Source: Flavobacteriaceae bacterium
Lineage (GTDB): Bacteria > Bacteroidota > Bacteroidia > Flavobacteriales > Flavobacteriaceae
Reading direction: 5' to 3'
Length of the DNA stretch: 64,000 bases
Assembly: GCA_034670265.1 (NCBI GenBank)
Contig: JAXMNU010000006.1
Span: 77,259-141,258, forward strand
Shown here: positions 1 through 8,555 of the stretch, piece after piece
How positions within the stretch are numbered: the first letter of the stretch is position 1
Layout: the number at the start of each line of letters is the position of its first letter
Made by a program: the position numbers and the translations under genes
Notes under the pieces: model-generated
The model's database searches: none
Seen by the model: the letters and a program-made list of their open reading frames with translations, nothing else
What the model was told of the DNA's origin: nothing

Positions 1-29
1 TTTGGATATCAGATTATTATCCAAAACAA

Positions 30-722
30 TTGTTTTCTAAGTACTTAAAATATTCTGCATTTGTAACTGGCTTTGTTTCGGTTATGGTTTCTATCATTTT
101 CGGGAATGAACATACTCAGTTTATCAAGCCTTTTTTTCACCTTTTTATTTTTCTGTTTTATGTTTCAGTAACTAAAAAAGTAAATTTTCACCTTTTACTG
201 TTCCTTTGCAGTGCGATGGTGGGAGAGTTTTTGACTGCTAGAGACTTTGTGTCTAATTATATCTACATTGTTTTATTATTTGCATTTTACTTTTCTATGG
301 GAGTTCATTTAATGATGCCTGTTGTAAAAACTTCGAAATTTAAAATTCAAATTACAGATATCTACTTAGGGTTAATCATTTTAATTGCCTTTGTTTATAT
401 AGTGGGTTCTATATTTTTCGCATCGGCAGTAGCAATGGACGATTTTCTTTTTCTGTTAATTGCAACTGTGGCCTTTAGTGCATTTGTAGGAAGCTGTTTT
501 TATATAACAGTATATCATTCAAACTCCAATAAAATTTACTTTTTTATAGTTGGGATTGGGTATATGATTGTTTGTGTGGGAACCTTAGTCCATGAGCTCG
601 TTATGGCCTCTGGATTTATTGAGGGTTTTGTAAATATTGTTGAGGTTATTTCACAGTTTTCATTTGTATATGCCTTAACTAATTTGCCTAAAATGGTAAA
701 ACCCAAAAAGTGGCTTATTTAA
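30..722 (+). CDS. multi-pass membrane protein, function unknown (5' end uncertain)
   Basis: ORF starts at TTG 30 and the first ATG is at 84. The frame has no stop back to position 3, so the true start may lie left of the window. About 7 hydrophobic segments (FVTGFVSVMVSIIF, IYIVLLFAFYFSMGV, LGLIILIAFVYIVGSIFF and others). No catalytic motif recognised. Confidence 0.45.
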   Translation: MFSKYLKYSAFVTGFVSVMVSIIFGNEHTQFIKPFFHLFIFLFYVSVTKKVNFHLLLFLCSAMVGEFLTARDFVSNYIYIVLLFAFYFSMGVHLMMPVVKTSKFKIQITDIYLGLIILIAFVYIVGSIFFASAVAMDDFLFLLIATVAFSAFVGSCFYITVYHSNSNKIYFFIVGIGYMIVCVGTLVHELVMASGFIEGFVNIVEVISQFSFVYALTNLPKMVKPKKWLI

Positions 723-757
723 TAAATCTTCTTGGCATTTTTCCTTATTTAATTTAG

Positions 758-765
758 TATTTTTG
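758..765 (+). promoter_or_regulatory. Bacteroidota -7 promoter box TATTTTTG
   Basis: Exact match to TAnnTTTG, 5 nt upstream of ATG 771. Confidence 0.45.
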
Positions 766-770
766 AGATT

Positions 771-3251
771 ATGAAACATATTATACTCGCCACACTATCC
801 ATCCTTTTGTTTTCGTGTACTACTACTTCGGAAAAGCAAAAAATTGATACCGCTTCTGAAACTGAAAAATACCCGCATGACTTTATGTTTATGCAACGAG
901 CATATCCTACAGGACAAATAAAAACTGAAGCGTATAAAGAAGCCATTCAGTGGAAAAAACAACAAACTAGAAATGCTGGAGGTACTTGGGAATTTGTAGG
1001 TCCCACTAATATTGGAGGGCGTGTTACCGATATCGAAATTCCCATAGATCAACCACAGACGTATTACGTTGGAGCAGCTTCAGGAGGGATTTTTAAAACT
1101 GAAGATGCAGGTGTCACTTGGAATCCCATTTTTGACGAACAAGAAATGCTATCAATTGGCGATATTGAAATTTCAAAAAATGATACTGACCTTATTTGGG
1201 CAGGAACGGGTGAAGTAAACGCGGGAGGAGGTTCTCTTGCCTACGATGGTGATGGTATTTACAAAAGTACAGATGGAGGCGCTACGTGGGAAGTAAAAGG
1301 GTTGCCAGATGTTGGAAGTATTAGTAAAATAGCATTGGATCCCAATGACGATAATACCATTTTTGTAGGAGGGATGGGACCTTTATTTAGAAATGATGCT
1401 AACCGTGGGGTTTATCGTTCAACCGACGGTGGTGATACTTGGGAACAAAAACTTTTTGTAAGTGATTCTACCGGAATCATTGATATGGCGATTCACCCAA
1501 GCAATGGAGATATTGTTTATGCAGCAAGTTGGGAACGTATCCGTCGTCCTCAATACCGTCAATATGGAGGTGAAACTTCCCGTTTGTATCGAAGTACCGA
1601 TGGCGGTGAAAATTGGTCTGAATTAACCAATGGACTTCCTTCAAACCCCTCAGAAAAAGGAAGAATAAGCATCGATATTTCACAATCAAATCCTGATGTT
1701 TTATATGCTCGATATACTGATGCTGTTGGAAGTATTCAAGGTGTTTACAGAACAGATGATGGCGGGGATACTTGGACGACTATGAATGCAGCGCCTTTAA
1801 ACAATGTTGGGTTTCATTGGTGGTTTAGAGGAATTGTGGTTGATCCAACAGATGAAAACATTATCTATAATGTAGATTTTGTAGTACAAAAATCACTGGA
1901 TGGAGGAGCTACTTGGAGTGATACTTTTGCTGATGTACACGTAGATCAACATGCCTTAGCCTTTAATGCAAATGTTCCTGGACAAGTATTGCTAGGTAAT
2001 GACGGAGGATTTTATTCGAGTGCTAATAACGGGGATTCTTGGGTTAAGGATAATACGCTACCTATCACACAATTTTATCGAATGTATGTTGATCCTAACT
2101 TCGAAGATAAAGTTTATGGAGGTACACAGGATAACGGAACCAACCGTACCTTAACGGGTAGTACAAATGATTGGGAACGGATATTTGGAGGTGATGGGTT
2201 TCAACCGCTTGTGGATGAAAATGATACAAATATTATTTACGCAGAATCTCAATATGGTAACATTGGTAAATCAATTAATGGTGGTGCTTCATTTAATGGT
2301 GCTACGAGTGGAATTTCTGGAGGTGATCGAAAGAATTGGGATACACCTATTACTTTCGCCCCTCAAGATTCTCAAATTTTATATACTGGAACACAACGAG
2401 TTTATAAAACGACTAACGCTGCTGGAAATTGGACTGCCATTAGCCCAGATTTAACCAACGGATCGGGAGGAGGAAACTTAACGTATGGTACTATTATATC
2501 AATAGATGTATCTCCTTTAAATTCAAATAAAATAATAGCAGGTACAGATGACGGAAATGTTTGGATTACCCAAGATGGCGGTACAAATTGGACAAATGTT
2601 TCTAGTACTTTACCAAATAGATGGGTGACCAAAGTTGAAGCATCTAAAATAAATTCAAATAGATTTTACGTCACTTTTTCGGGCTATCGTTATGGAGCCG
2701 ATGAGGGGCACGTGTATTTAGCTATGGATAACGGTAATACTTGGATGGATTTAAGTGCAACTCTACCTGACATTCCTGTAAATGATATTGTACAAGCAGA
2801 TAACGGAAGGCTATATGTGGCTACTGATATTGGAGTATTTGGTTCTGCCAATGGAGGAACCTCTTGGGAAGCTATTAGTAGCGGAATGCCTAACGTAGTT
2901 GTTACAGATATGCACATTCATGAACCTTCAGGATATTTATATGCTGCCACCTATGGACGATCTATTTATAAAATTGATTTGTCTCAAATTGTGTTAGGAA
3001 CTGATTCTGAATTACTCAATGCTGAGCTAACAATCTTTCCAAACCCAGCTTCAGATGTTGTAACTATTTCTACTTCAAAGAATTTAGACGGACAGATTTC
3101 TATTTATAATGAGTTGGGAAGGTTAGTTCTTTCGGAAGAAATTTCAGGAACACAAAAAACACTTTCAGTCTCCAATTTACCCACAGGATTATATTTTGTT
3201 TCTGTTTCTTCAGAAAATAGAAAGATTACAAAGAAACTTATTATCAAGTAA
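771..3251 (+). CDS. secreted BNR/Asp-box (sortilin/VPS10- or GH74-like double propeller) protein with T9SS C-terminal sorting domain
   Basis: Signal peptide MKHIILATLSILLFSC. At least 10 Asp-box motifs (STDGGATWE, STDGGDTWE, STDGGENWS, TDDGGDTWT, SLDGGATWS, TQDGGTNWT, AMDNGNTWM, SANGGTSWE). C-terminus FPNPASDVVTIS...GLYFVSVSSENRKITKKLIIK is a type-A T9SS CTD. Confidence 0.8.
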   Translation: MKHIILATLSILLFSCTTTSEKQKIDTASETEKYPHDFMFMQRAYPTGQIKTEAYKEAIQWKKQQTRNAGGTWEFVGPTNIGGRVTDIEIPIDQPQTYYVGAASGGIFKTEDAGVTWNPIFDEQEMLSIGDIEISKNDTDLIWAGTGEVNAGGGSLAYDGDGIYKSTDGGATWEVKGLPDVGSISKIALDPNDDNTIFVGGMGPLFRNDANRGVYRSTDGGDTWEQKLFVSDSTGIIDMAIHPSNGDIVYAASWERIRRPQYRQYGGETSRLYRSTDGGENWSELTNGLPSNPSEKGRISIDISQSNPDVLYARYTDAVGSIQGVYRTDDGGDTWTTMNAAPLNNVGFHWWFRGIVVDPTDENIIYNVDFVVQKSLDGGATWSDTFADVHVDQHALAFNANVPGQVLLGNDGGFYSSANNGDSWVKDNTLPITQFYRMYVDPNFEDKVYGGTQDNGTNRTLTGSTNDWERIFGGDGFQPLVDENDTNIIYAESQYGNIGKSINGGASFNGATSGISGGDRKNWDTPITFAPQDSQILYTGTQRVYKTTNAAGNWTAISPDLTNGSGGGNLTYGTIISIDVSPLNSNKIIAGTDDGNVWITQDGGTNWTNVSSTLPNRWVTKVEASKINSNRFYVTFSGYRYGADEGHVYLAMDNGNTWMDLSATLPDIPVNDIVQADNGRLYVATDIGVFGSANGGTSWEAISSGMPNVVVTDMHIHEPSGYLYAATYGRSIYKIDLSQIVLGTDSELLNAELTIFPNPASDVVTISTSKNLDGQISIYNELGRLVLSEEISGTQKTLSVSNLPTGLYFVSVSSENRKITKKLIIK

Positions 3252-3262
3252 TCTAGTTCGTT

Positions 3263-4480
3263 ATGAACTATCAAGAAACGCTAGATTGGCTTTTTGTGCA
3301 ACTACCCATGTATCAACGTGTGGGGCAAGCTGCATACAAAGCTAATTTGGATAATACGTTGCTACTTACAAACTATTTAAAGTATCCCGAAAAAGACTTT
3401 AAAAGTATACATGTGGCAGGAACTAACGGGAAAGGTTCCACGAGCCATATGTTAGCTTCTGTATTACAAGAAGCAGGGTATAAAGTGGGTTTATATACCT
3501 CACCTCATTTAAAAGATTTTAGGGAGCGAATTAAGGTCAATGGGGAGATGATTTCCAAACGAGCAGTTACTTCATTTATAAAAAAGCACAAACCTTTTTT
3601 TGAATTGCATCAACTTTCTTTTTTTGAAATGACTGTTGGATTGGCTTTTGATTATTTCAAAAAAGAAAAAGTAGATATTGCTGTTATTGAAGTAGGAATG
3701 GGTGGTAGGTTGGATAGCACTAATATTATTACTCCAGAAGTTTCAGTCATTACCAATATTGGCTGGGATCACACACAATTTTTAGGAGATACTTTAGAAA
3801 AGATTGCCGTTGAAAAAGGAGGAATTATAAAGCCAAATACTCCTCTTGTTATTGGCGAAACATTGCCCGAAACGAAACCTGTTTTTGAAGAGATTGCTTT
3901 AAAAAATACTGCTGAAATTGTTTTTGCTGAAAATAAAAGTTTTGATTTCTATCCTTCAGACTTAAAGGGGAGTTATCAAAAAATGAATCAAAAAACCGTT
4001 TTAACCACTTTAAAAGTGTTGAAACAAAAAGGATGGAAATTTTCTGAAAACCATATTAAAAAAGGGCTGAAAAATGTGGTGAAGAATACAGGGTTATTAG
4101 GGCGATGGCAAATTCTGAAAAAATCGCCTAAAGTGATATGCGACACAGCGCATAATAAAGAAGGTTTAGTATTAACGATGACACAGTTACATACAGAAAA
4201 ACACAAGAACCTTCATATTGTATTGGGTGTTGTGAGCGATAAAGACCTAAGCAAAGTATTACCGCTGTTTCCAAAAGAAGCAAAATATTATTTTTGCGAA
4301 CCTAAAATCCCTAGGGCAATGTCTGTAGTTCAACTACAAAGGGAAGCAAAAGAATTCGGGTTGATTGGGGAACTCTTTTTAAGTGTTAAAAATGCTTACA
4401 AATGTGCGTTAAAACATGCTGAAAAAGAGGATGTTGTGTATGTGGGGGGGAGTACTTTTGTGGTAGCAGAAGTTTTATAG
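3263..4480 (+). CDS. folC: bifunctional folylpolyglutamate synthase / dihydrofolate synthase
   Basis: 405 aa with Mur-ligase P-loop HVAGTNGKGST. Length and organisation are typical of FolC. Starts 11 nt after the preceding stop. Confidence 0.85.
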   Translation: MNYQETLDWLFVQLPMYQRVGQAAYKANLDNTLLLTNYLKYPEKDFKSIHVAGTNGKGSTSHMLASVLQEAGYKVGLYTSPHLKDFRERIKVNGEMISKRAVTSFIKKHKPFFELHQLSFFEMTVGLAFDYFKKEKVDIAVIEVGMGGRLDSTNIITPEVSVITNIGWDHTQFLGDTLEKIAVEKGGIIKPNTPLVIGETLPETKPVFEEIALKNTAEIVFAENKSFDFYPSDLKGSYQKMNQKTVLTTLKVLKQKGWKFSENHIKKGLKNVVKNTGLLGRWQILKKSPKVICDTAHNKEGLVLTMTQLHTEKHKNLHIVLGVVSDKDLSKVLPLFPKEAKYYFCEPKIPRAMSVVQLQREAKEFGLIGELFLSVKNAYKCALKHAEKEDVVYVGGSTFVVAEVL

Positions 4481-4498
4481 TTTTTTTTGAAATAATTA

Positions 4499-4529
4499 TT
4501 TGCGGGTAATAAAAACTAACTTATATTTG
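4499..4529 (+). promoter_or_regulatory. promoter of tRNA-Val(UAC): TTTG (-33) N19 TATATTTG (-7)
   Basis: TTTG at 4499-4502 and TATATTTG at 4522-4529 with 19-nt spacing, which is the Bacteroidota sigma-A consensus geometry. The mature tRNA starts at 4545. Confidence 0.6.
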
Positions 4530-4544
4530 CACCCGCAACTGTTA

Positions 4545-4619
4545 GGGCGCTTAGCTCAGTTGGTTCAGAGCACCTCGTTTACACCGAGGGGGTCGGGGGT
4601 TCGAATCCCTCAGCGCCCA
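4545..4619 (+). tRNA. tRNA-Val (anticodon UAC)
   Basis: 75 nt. Acceptor GGGCGCT/AGCGCCC, D-arm GCTC..GAGC, anticodon stem CCTCG/CGAGG with loop TTTACAC, T-arm GGGGG TTCGAAT CCCTC, discriminator A. No encoded CCA. Confidence 0.95.
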
Positions 4620-4624
4620 CAAAA

Positions 4625-4651
4625 GGTTTCCAAATTTGGAAACCTTTTTTT
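4625..4651. terminator. bidirectional rho-independent terminator
   Basis: Perfect palindrome GGTTTCCAAATTTGGAAACC (4625-4644) with AAAA on the left and TTTTTTT on the right. It lies between the 3' ends of tRNA-Val (+) and the TIGR03643-like gene (-). Confidence 0.8.
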
Positions 4652-4658
4652 GTACACT

Positions 4659-4949
4659 CTATTTTCGTTTCGAAATTTTGTTGTGGGTTATCTGTTTTTG
4701 CCTAGAGGATTTAAAGCGGGTTCCTTTTGGGTCCAAACTGCTTAACTTAGCGTGCTTCGTTTTTCTTCCTTGAACACGTTTTCGCCACATTTTAAAACTA
4801 GATTCTTTCATCTCACGGCGCATAAGTTCTATCACTTCTTGTTCATTTACATTAAATTGAAATGTAATTGCTTCAAAAGGTGTGCGGTCTTCCCAAGCCA
4901 TTTCTATAATTCTGTCTATTTCTCGTTGTGTAAATTCTTTAGTATTCAT
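4659..4949 (-). CDS. TIGR03643/DUF2805-type small protein (photolyase-associated, function unknown)
   Basis: 96 aa. MAWEDRTPFEAI...SFKMWRKRVQGRKTKH resembles the TIGR03643 family that accompanies photolyase/cryptochrome genes. Its start at 4949 overlaps the upstream photolyase gene (end 4939) by 11 nt. Confidence 0.7.
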   Translation of the reverse strand: MNTKEFTQREIDRIIEMAWEDRTPFEAITFQFNVNEQEVIELMRREMKESSFKMWRKRVQGRKTKHAKLSSLDPKGTRFKSSRQKQITHNKISKRK

Positions 4950-6471
4950 TGGGATTTTCGATTATATGTTGTGCTCTCTTTTGATATTTCGTAAGCAAAT
5001 CTTTATCCATTTTGTGGAGCATGCTAAGCATCATAGCCATTCTTTGATTGTCTTTAAAATGTTTTTCTTTTTCAGAAAGAAAGTTCCAGTACAAGGCATT
5101 AAAGGGACAAGCATCCTCTTCAGTCTTTTTGGAAACTTTATAGTGGCAGTCTTTGCAATAATTACTCATTTTATTAATATAACTTCCGCTAGAAACATAG
5201 GGTTTTGTAGCAATTATTCCACCATCTGCCCATTGACTCATTCCACGTGTATTTGTAATCTCGACCCATTGCAAAGCATCTATATAAATGCCTAAATACC
5301 ATGCGTCAACTTCGTCAGGATTTGACTGGGTTAATAGGGCGTAATTTCCAGTTATCATAAGGCGTTGAATGTGATGCGCATAAGCATTTTCTAAGCTTTG
5401 TGAAATTGCCTTATTTAGACAATTCATTTTAGTGTCCCCCGTCCAATAAAAGTCGGGGAGGGGGTTGATACAATTGAGCTCATTTTTTGATTCGTACTCT
5501 GGCATTTCTTTCCAATACATTCCACGCATATACTCACGCCAACCCAATATTTGCCTCACAAATCCTTCCACTTGTGAAATGTCTATTTCATCTCTGTTTT
5601 GTTGCCCTGATTCTATTACTTTATCAATTACCTCCTTTGGGGATAGCATTTTGGTGTTTAATGAAAATGATAATCTACTGTGGAACAAATACTTTTCATT
5701 AGGGTCCATCGCATCCTGATAGTCTCCAAAGTAAATGAGCAGATTATCACAAAAATGCTGAAGTAACTTTAATGACTCTTTCCTACTTGTTGGCCAAGGA
5801 AAGTTAGCATCATCTATTTCGCCAATAAAATTGATTTTCTCTTTTTTTATCAATGTAACTAATTCTGAAACATCCTTTTTAAAGTCTAAAACTTCTGGAA
5901 TTGTAGGTTCTCCCTTCCATTTATTTCGATTCGATTTGTCAAAATTCCATTTCCCACCTTCTGGGTCCTTATCATTTGCCATTAGGATATGATGTTTCTT
6001 TCGCATATGGCGATAGAAATACTCCATAACTAGTTGCTTTTTTTCTTCAAAAAACTGGGCAAGTTCATCAGGTTTTGTATAAAAATGTTCGGTGTCAAAA
6101 GCTTCAGATGAAATATCTAGTTTGCTACAGAATTCTTTAAGCTGCTGGTCTAAACGATATTCATCGGGTAATAGACATTCGAATTTATCAATGGAATGTT
6201 TTTTTATAAGATAATTTAGATTTTCTGAAAGGTTTTGCGTGTTATCTTCATCATCTAATGTCCAATATTCAACGTTGTGCCCTTCATTTTTTAACTCTTC
6301 TGAAAAGTTCCGCATGGCACTAAAAAACCCAACTATCTTTTGAATGTGATGCGTTACATAATCTGTTTCTTGACGCATTTCGGCAATAAAATAGAGTACA
6401 TTTTGATTTTTTCTTTTAAACCAGGAATGATTACTATTTAATTGATCTCCCAAAATGAGTCGAAGTGTCAT
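4939..6471 (-). CDS. cryptochrome/photolyase family protein, FeS-BCP (PhrB/CryB-like, probable (6-4) photolyase)
   Basis: 510 aa. The N-terminus MTLRLILGDQLN is typical of COG3046 photolyase-related proteins. Cysteine set NCLNKA ... YCKDCHYKVSKKTEEDAC gives C...C-x2-C-x12-C, the 4Fe-4S ligand spacing of FeS-BCP enzymes. Confidence 0.8.
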   Translation of the reverse strand: MTLRLILGDQLNSNHSWFKRKNQNVLYFIAEMRQETDYVTHHIQKIVGFFSAMRNFSEELKNEGHNVEYWTLDDEDNTQNLSENLNYLIKKHSIDKFECLLPDEYRLDQQLKEFCSKLDISSEAFDTEHFYTKPDELAQFFEEKKQLVMEYFYRHMRKKHHILMANDKDPEGGKWNFDKSNRNKWKGEPTIPEVLDFKKDVSELVTLIKKEKINFIGEIDDANFPWPTSRKESLKLLQHFCDNLLIYFGDYQDAMDPNEKYLFHSRLSFSLNTKMLSPKEVIDKVIESGQQNRDEIDISQVEGFVRQILGWREYMRGMYWKEMPEYESKNELNCINPLPDFYWTGDTKMNCLNKAISQSLENAYAHHIQRLMITGNYALLTQSNPDEVDAWYLGIYIDALQWVEITNTRGMSQWADGGIIATKPYVSSGSYINKMSNYCKDCHYKVSKKTEEDACPFNALYWNFLSEKEKHFKDNQRMAMMLSMLHKMDKDLLTKYQKRAQHIIENPNEY

Positions 6472-6576
6472 ACGAATTTTTTAATATTAGTTTTTATTAT
6501 GTTTAGCAAACATAGTAAAAGATTAAACAGTAAGTTTTAATATTATTATAAAATTGTTCTCTTATTCCTAAAGTGT

Positions 6577-6584
6577 TATTTTTG
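6577..6584 (+). promoter_or_regulatory. Bacteroidota -7 promoter box TATTTTTG for tRNA-Val(GAC)
   Basis: Exact TAnnTTTG, 12 nt upstream of the mature tRNA 5' end at 6597. Confidence 0.5.
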
Positions 6585-6596
6585 AATCCTCTTTTT

Positions 6597-6671
6597 GGGT
6601 CATTAACTCAGTTGGTTCAGAGTGTCACGTCGACAACGTGGAAGTCACTGGTTCGAATCCAGTATGACCCA
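6597..6671 (+). tRNA. tRNA-Val (anticodon GAC)
   Basis: 75 nt. Acceptor GGGTCAT/ATGACCC, anticodon stem TCACG/CGTGG (one G-U pair) with loop TCGACAA, T-arm ACTGG TTCGAAT CCAGT, discriminator A. Confidence 0.95.
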
Positions 6672-6672
6672 C

Positions 6673-6702
6673 AAAAAAAGCCGCTTTAAAGCGGCTTTTT
6701 TT
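6673..6702. terminator. bidirectional rho-independent terminator
   Basis: Palindrome AAAAAAAGCCGCTTTAAAGCGGCTTTTTTT. It lies between the tRNA-Val(GAC) 3' end (+) and the small lipoprotein gene 3' end (-). Confidence 0.8.
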
Positions 6703-6717
6703 ATTTAAGAGTTGTTT

Positions 6718-6861
6718 TTATTTATCTACAGCGTCTTCAATTTCATCGCCTACATCTTCTGCAGCATCTTCAATTTTTTCTCCTGTAGTTTTTTCTCTGC
6801 AACTTGTAAAAGCTGTTGCAGTAAATGTGAGTAACAAAAGTGCAAAAACTAATTTTTTCAT
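6718..6861 (-). CDS. small acidic lipoprotein (47 aa), not in the ORF track
   Basis: Hand translation gives MKKLVFALLLLTFTATAFTSCREKTTGEKIEDAAEDVGDEIEDAVDK*. This is a signal peptide plus lipobox Cys followed by an acidic tail. The terminator lies just downstream. Confidence 0.6.
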   Translation of the reverse strand: MKKLVFALLLLTFTATAFTSCREKTTGEKIEDAAEDVGDEIEDAVDK

Positions 6862-6867
6862 GATAGT

Positions 6868-7032
6868 TTATTTTGTGGTTAATAATCCTCTAATTAATGA
6901 TAGTACAAAAAGCACTAAGAAAATATAAAAAAGAATTTTAGCAATTCCTGCAGCTCCAGCTGCGATACCTCCAAATCCGAAGATACCTGCAATGATGGCA
7001 ATGATAATAAATGTGATTGTCCAGCGTAACAT
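6868..7032 (-). CDS. UPF0391/DUF1328 (lmo0937-like) small membrane protein (54 aa), not in the ORF track
   Basis: Hand translation gives [54 protein letters not shown]. Two TM helices flank the [15 protein letters not shown] core typical of this family. Confidence 0.7.
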   Translation of the reverse strand: MLRWTITFIIIAIIAGIFGFGGIAAGAAGIAKILFYIFLVLFVLSLIRGLLTTK

Positions 7033-7247
7033 AATATTTAGGTTTTAAGTTAGTACTTCCACTTTAAATGAGTGGCTTAATGGTTTTTAATTAAAATCCT
7101 ATTATTAATATACTTACTGAAATGGTCAAACGTATTTTATTAACGGTATTTAACCCTTATAAAGAAATTTTATCGATAAATTATGTTAAATGGAAAACAG
7201 GTTTGTTAAAATTATTTTGATATTTTTCGAGACTTTAAACTAAATAA

Positions 7248-8519
7248 TTAAAGAAGTTCCAAAGTTCTTTCTAGTGCCATGCCTCGAGAACCTTTTATTA
7301 AAAGAAAACTATCTATGATGGGATTATTTTGAAGGTGATTTTTAAAATCTTCAAATGTTTCAAATTTCATAACGTGTGAAGAATTAGTCTTATAAAAGTT
7401 TTTGCCTACAAAAAATGCTTTTGCAAAAGCATATTCTTCCACATAATTAGCAATAGTTTGGTGCTCAAAATGGGCTTCACCTCCAAGCTCAAACATATCA
7501 CCTAGGATAAGTACTTTGTTTTTTCCTTCAGAATTTTTGAAGTTAGTGAGGGCCGCCATCATACTGGTAGGATTTGCATTATAAGCATCCAAAATAATTT
7601 TGTTTCCGTTTTTCTCAATAATTTGAGATCGATTCATTTGTGGGGTATATGCCTCAAGTGCTTTTTTGATTTTGACTGCTAGAACTTTAAAATAATATCC
7701 AATAGCAATAGCTGCTGAAATGTTAGAAAAATTGTAAGCACCTATAAGTTGGGTTTGGATTTCAAGACCTTCGTAGGAAACTTTAAGTTTCTCTGAAGTT
7801 TCTTCCAGTTTTACTTGTATTTCACCCTCAGAGCTATTGAAAACAATCCTATCCATAGTTTTGGTATGTTCTAATTGCTTTGAATCTTCACCATTAACAA
7901 ACACCTTCTTATTGTTTTTATGCAAATACGTATATAATTCAGTTTTTCCCTTAATGACACCTTCAATACTCCCAAAACCTTCAAGATGTGCTTTACCAAA
8001 ATTTGTAATGTATCCAAAATCTGGCTCTGCAATATTTGAAAGTAATTCAATTTCTCCAATATGATTGGCACCCATTTCAACGATTCCAATTTCAGTTTCA
8101 GAATTCATAGAAAGGAGCGTAAGAGGAACCCCAATATGGTTATTAAGGTTTCCTTTTGTAGCAACACATTTATATTTTTCTGAAAGGACGGCATGGATTA
8201 ATTCTTTAGTCGTTGTCTTACCATTACTGCCTGTAAGTGAAATGATAGGAAGTTTTAAATAGTTACGATGATAGTTTGCTAATTCTTGAAGGGTTTGCAG
8301 CACATCTTTACAAAGCCACGTAGATTCACTTATTTGATATTTTTTGTCATCTATTACAGCAATGAGAGCTCCTTTTTGGATGGCGTCTTTAGCAAAGGTA
8401 TTTCCATCAAAATTTTCTCCTTTTAAGGCAAAGAAAATGCAATTAGGAGTTATTTTTCGTGTGTCTGTACAAACAGTACTACTTTTTAAAAATAGTTGGT
8501 GAAGTTGCGCAATATCCAA
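7248..8519 (-). CDS. murF: UDP-N-acetylmuramoyl-tripeptide--D-alanyl-D-alanine ligase
   Basis: 423 aa with Mur ligase P-loop LTGSNGKTTTKE, N-terminal CTDTRKI and DAYNANP motifs. Confidence 0.85.
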   Translation of the reverse strand: MDIAQLHQLFLKSSTVCTDTRKITPNCIFFALKGENFDGNTFAKDAIQKGALIAVIDDKKYQISESTWLCKDVLQTLQELANYHRNYLKLPIISLTGSNGKTTTKELIHAVLSEKYKCVATKGNLNNHIGVPLTLLSMNSETEIGIVEMGANHIGEIELLSNIAEPDFGYITNFGKAHLEGFGSIEGVIKGKTELYTYLHKNNKKVFVNGEDSKQLEHTKTMDRIVFNSSEGEIQVKLEETSEKLKVSYEGLEIQTQLIGAYNFSNISAAIAIGYYFKVLAVKIKKALEAYTPQMNRSQIIEKNGNKIILDAYNANPTSMMAALTNFKNSEGKNKVLILGDMFELGGEAHFEHQTIANYVEEYAFAKAFFVGKNFYKTNSSHVMKFETFEDFKNHLQNNPIIDSFLLIKGSRGMALERTLELL

Positions 8520-8555
8520 TATTGAAAACCTTTAAATTTGAAAAATAAAGATACT

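Noticed and set aside
4500-4745. 81-aa + strand ORF spanning the tRNA-Val(UAC) gene and its terminator
   Set aside because: It reads straight through a canonical tRNA and a palindromic terminator, and it overlaps the convergent TIGR03643-like gene. It is not a credible CDS.
4752-5295. Plus-strand ORFs (80 and 137 aa) antisense to the TIGR03643-like and photolyase genes
   Set aside because: These are shadow ORFs opposite well-supported genes. The sequences are Phe/Ile/Cys-rich with no motifs.
4545-6671. Genomic island or integrative element at the tRNA-Val genes
   Set aside because: There is no integrase or recombinase, no direct repeat of a tRNA 3' segment, and only two ordinary genes lie between the tRNAs. 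It is kept only as a low-interest synteny note.
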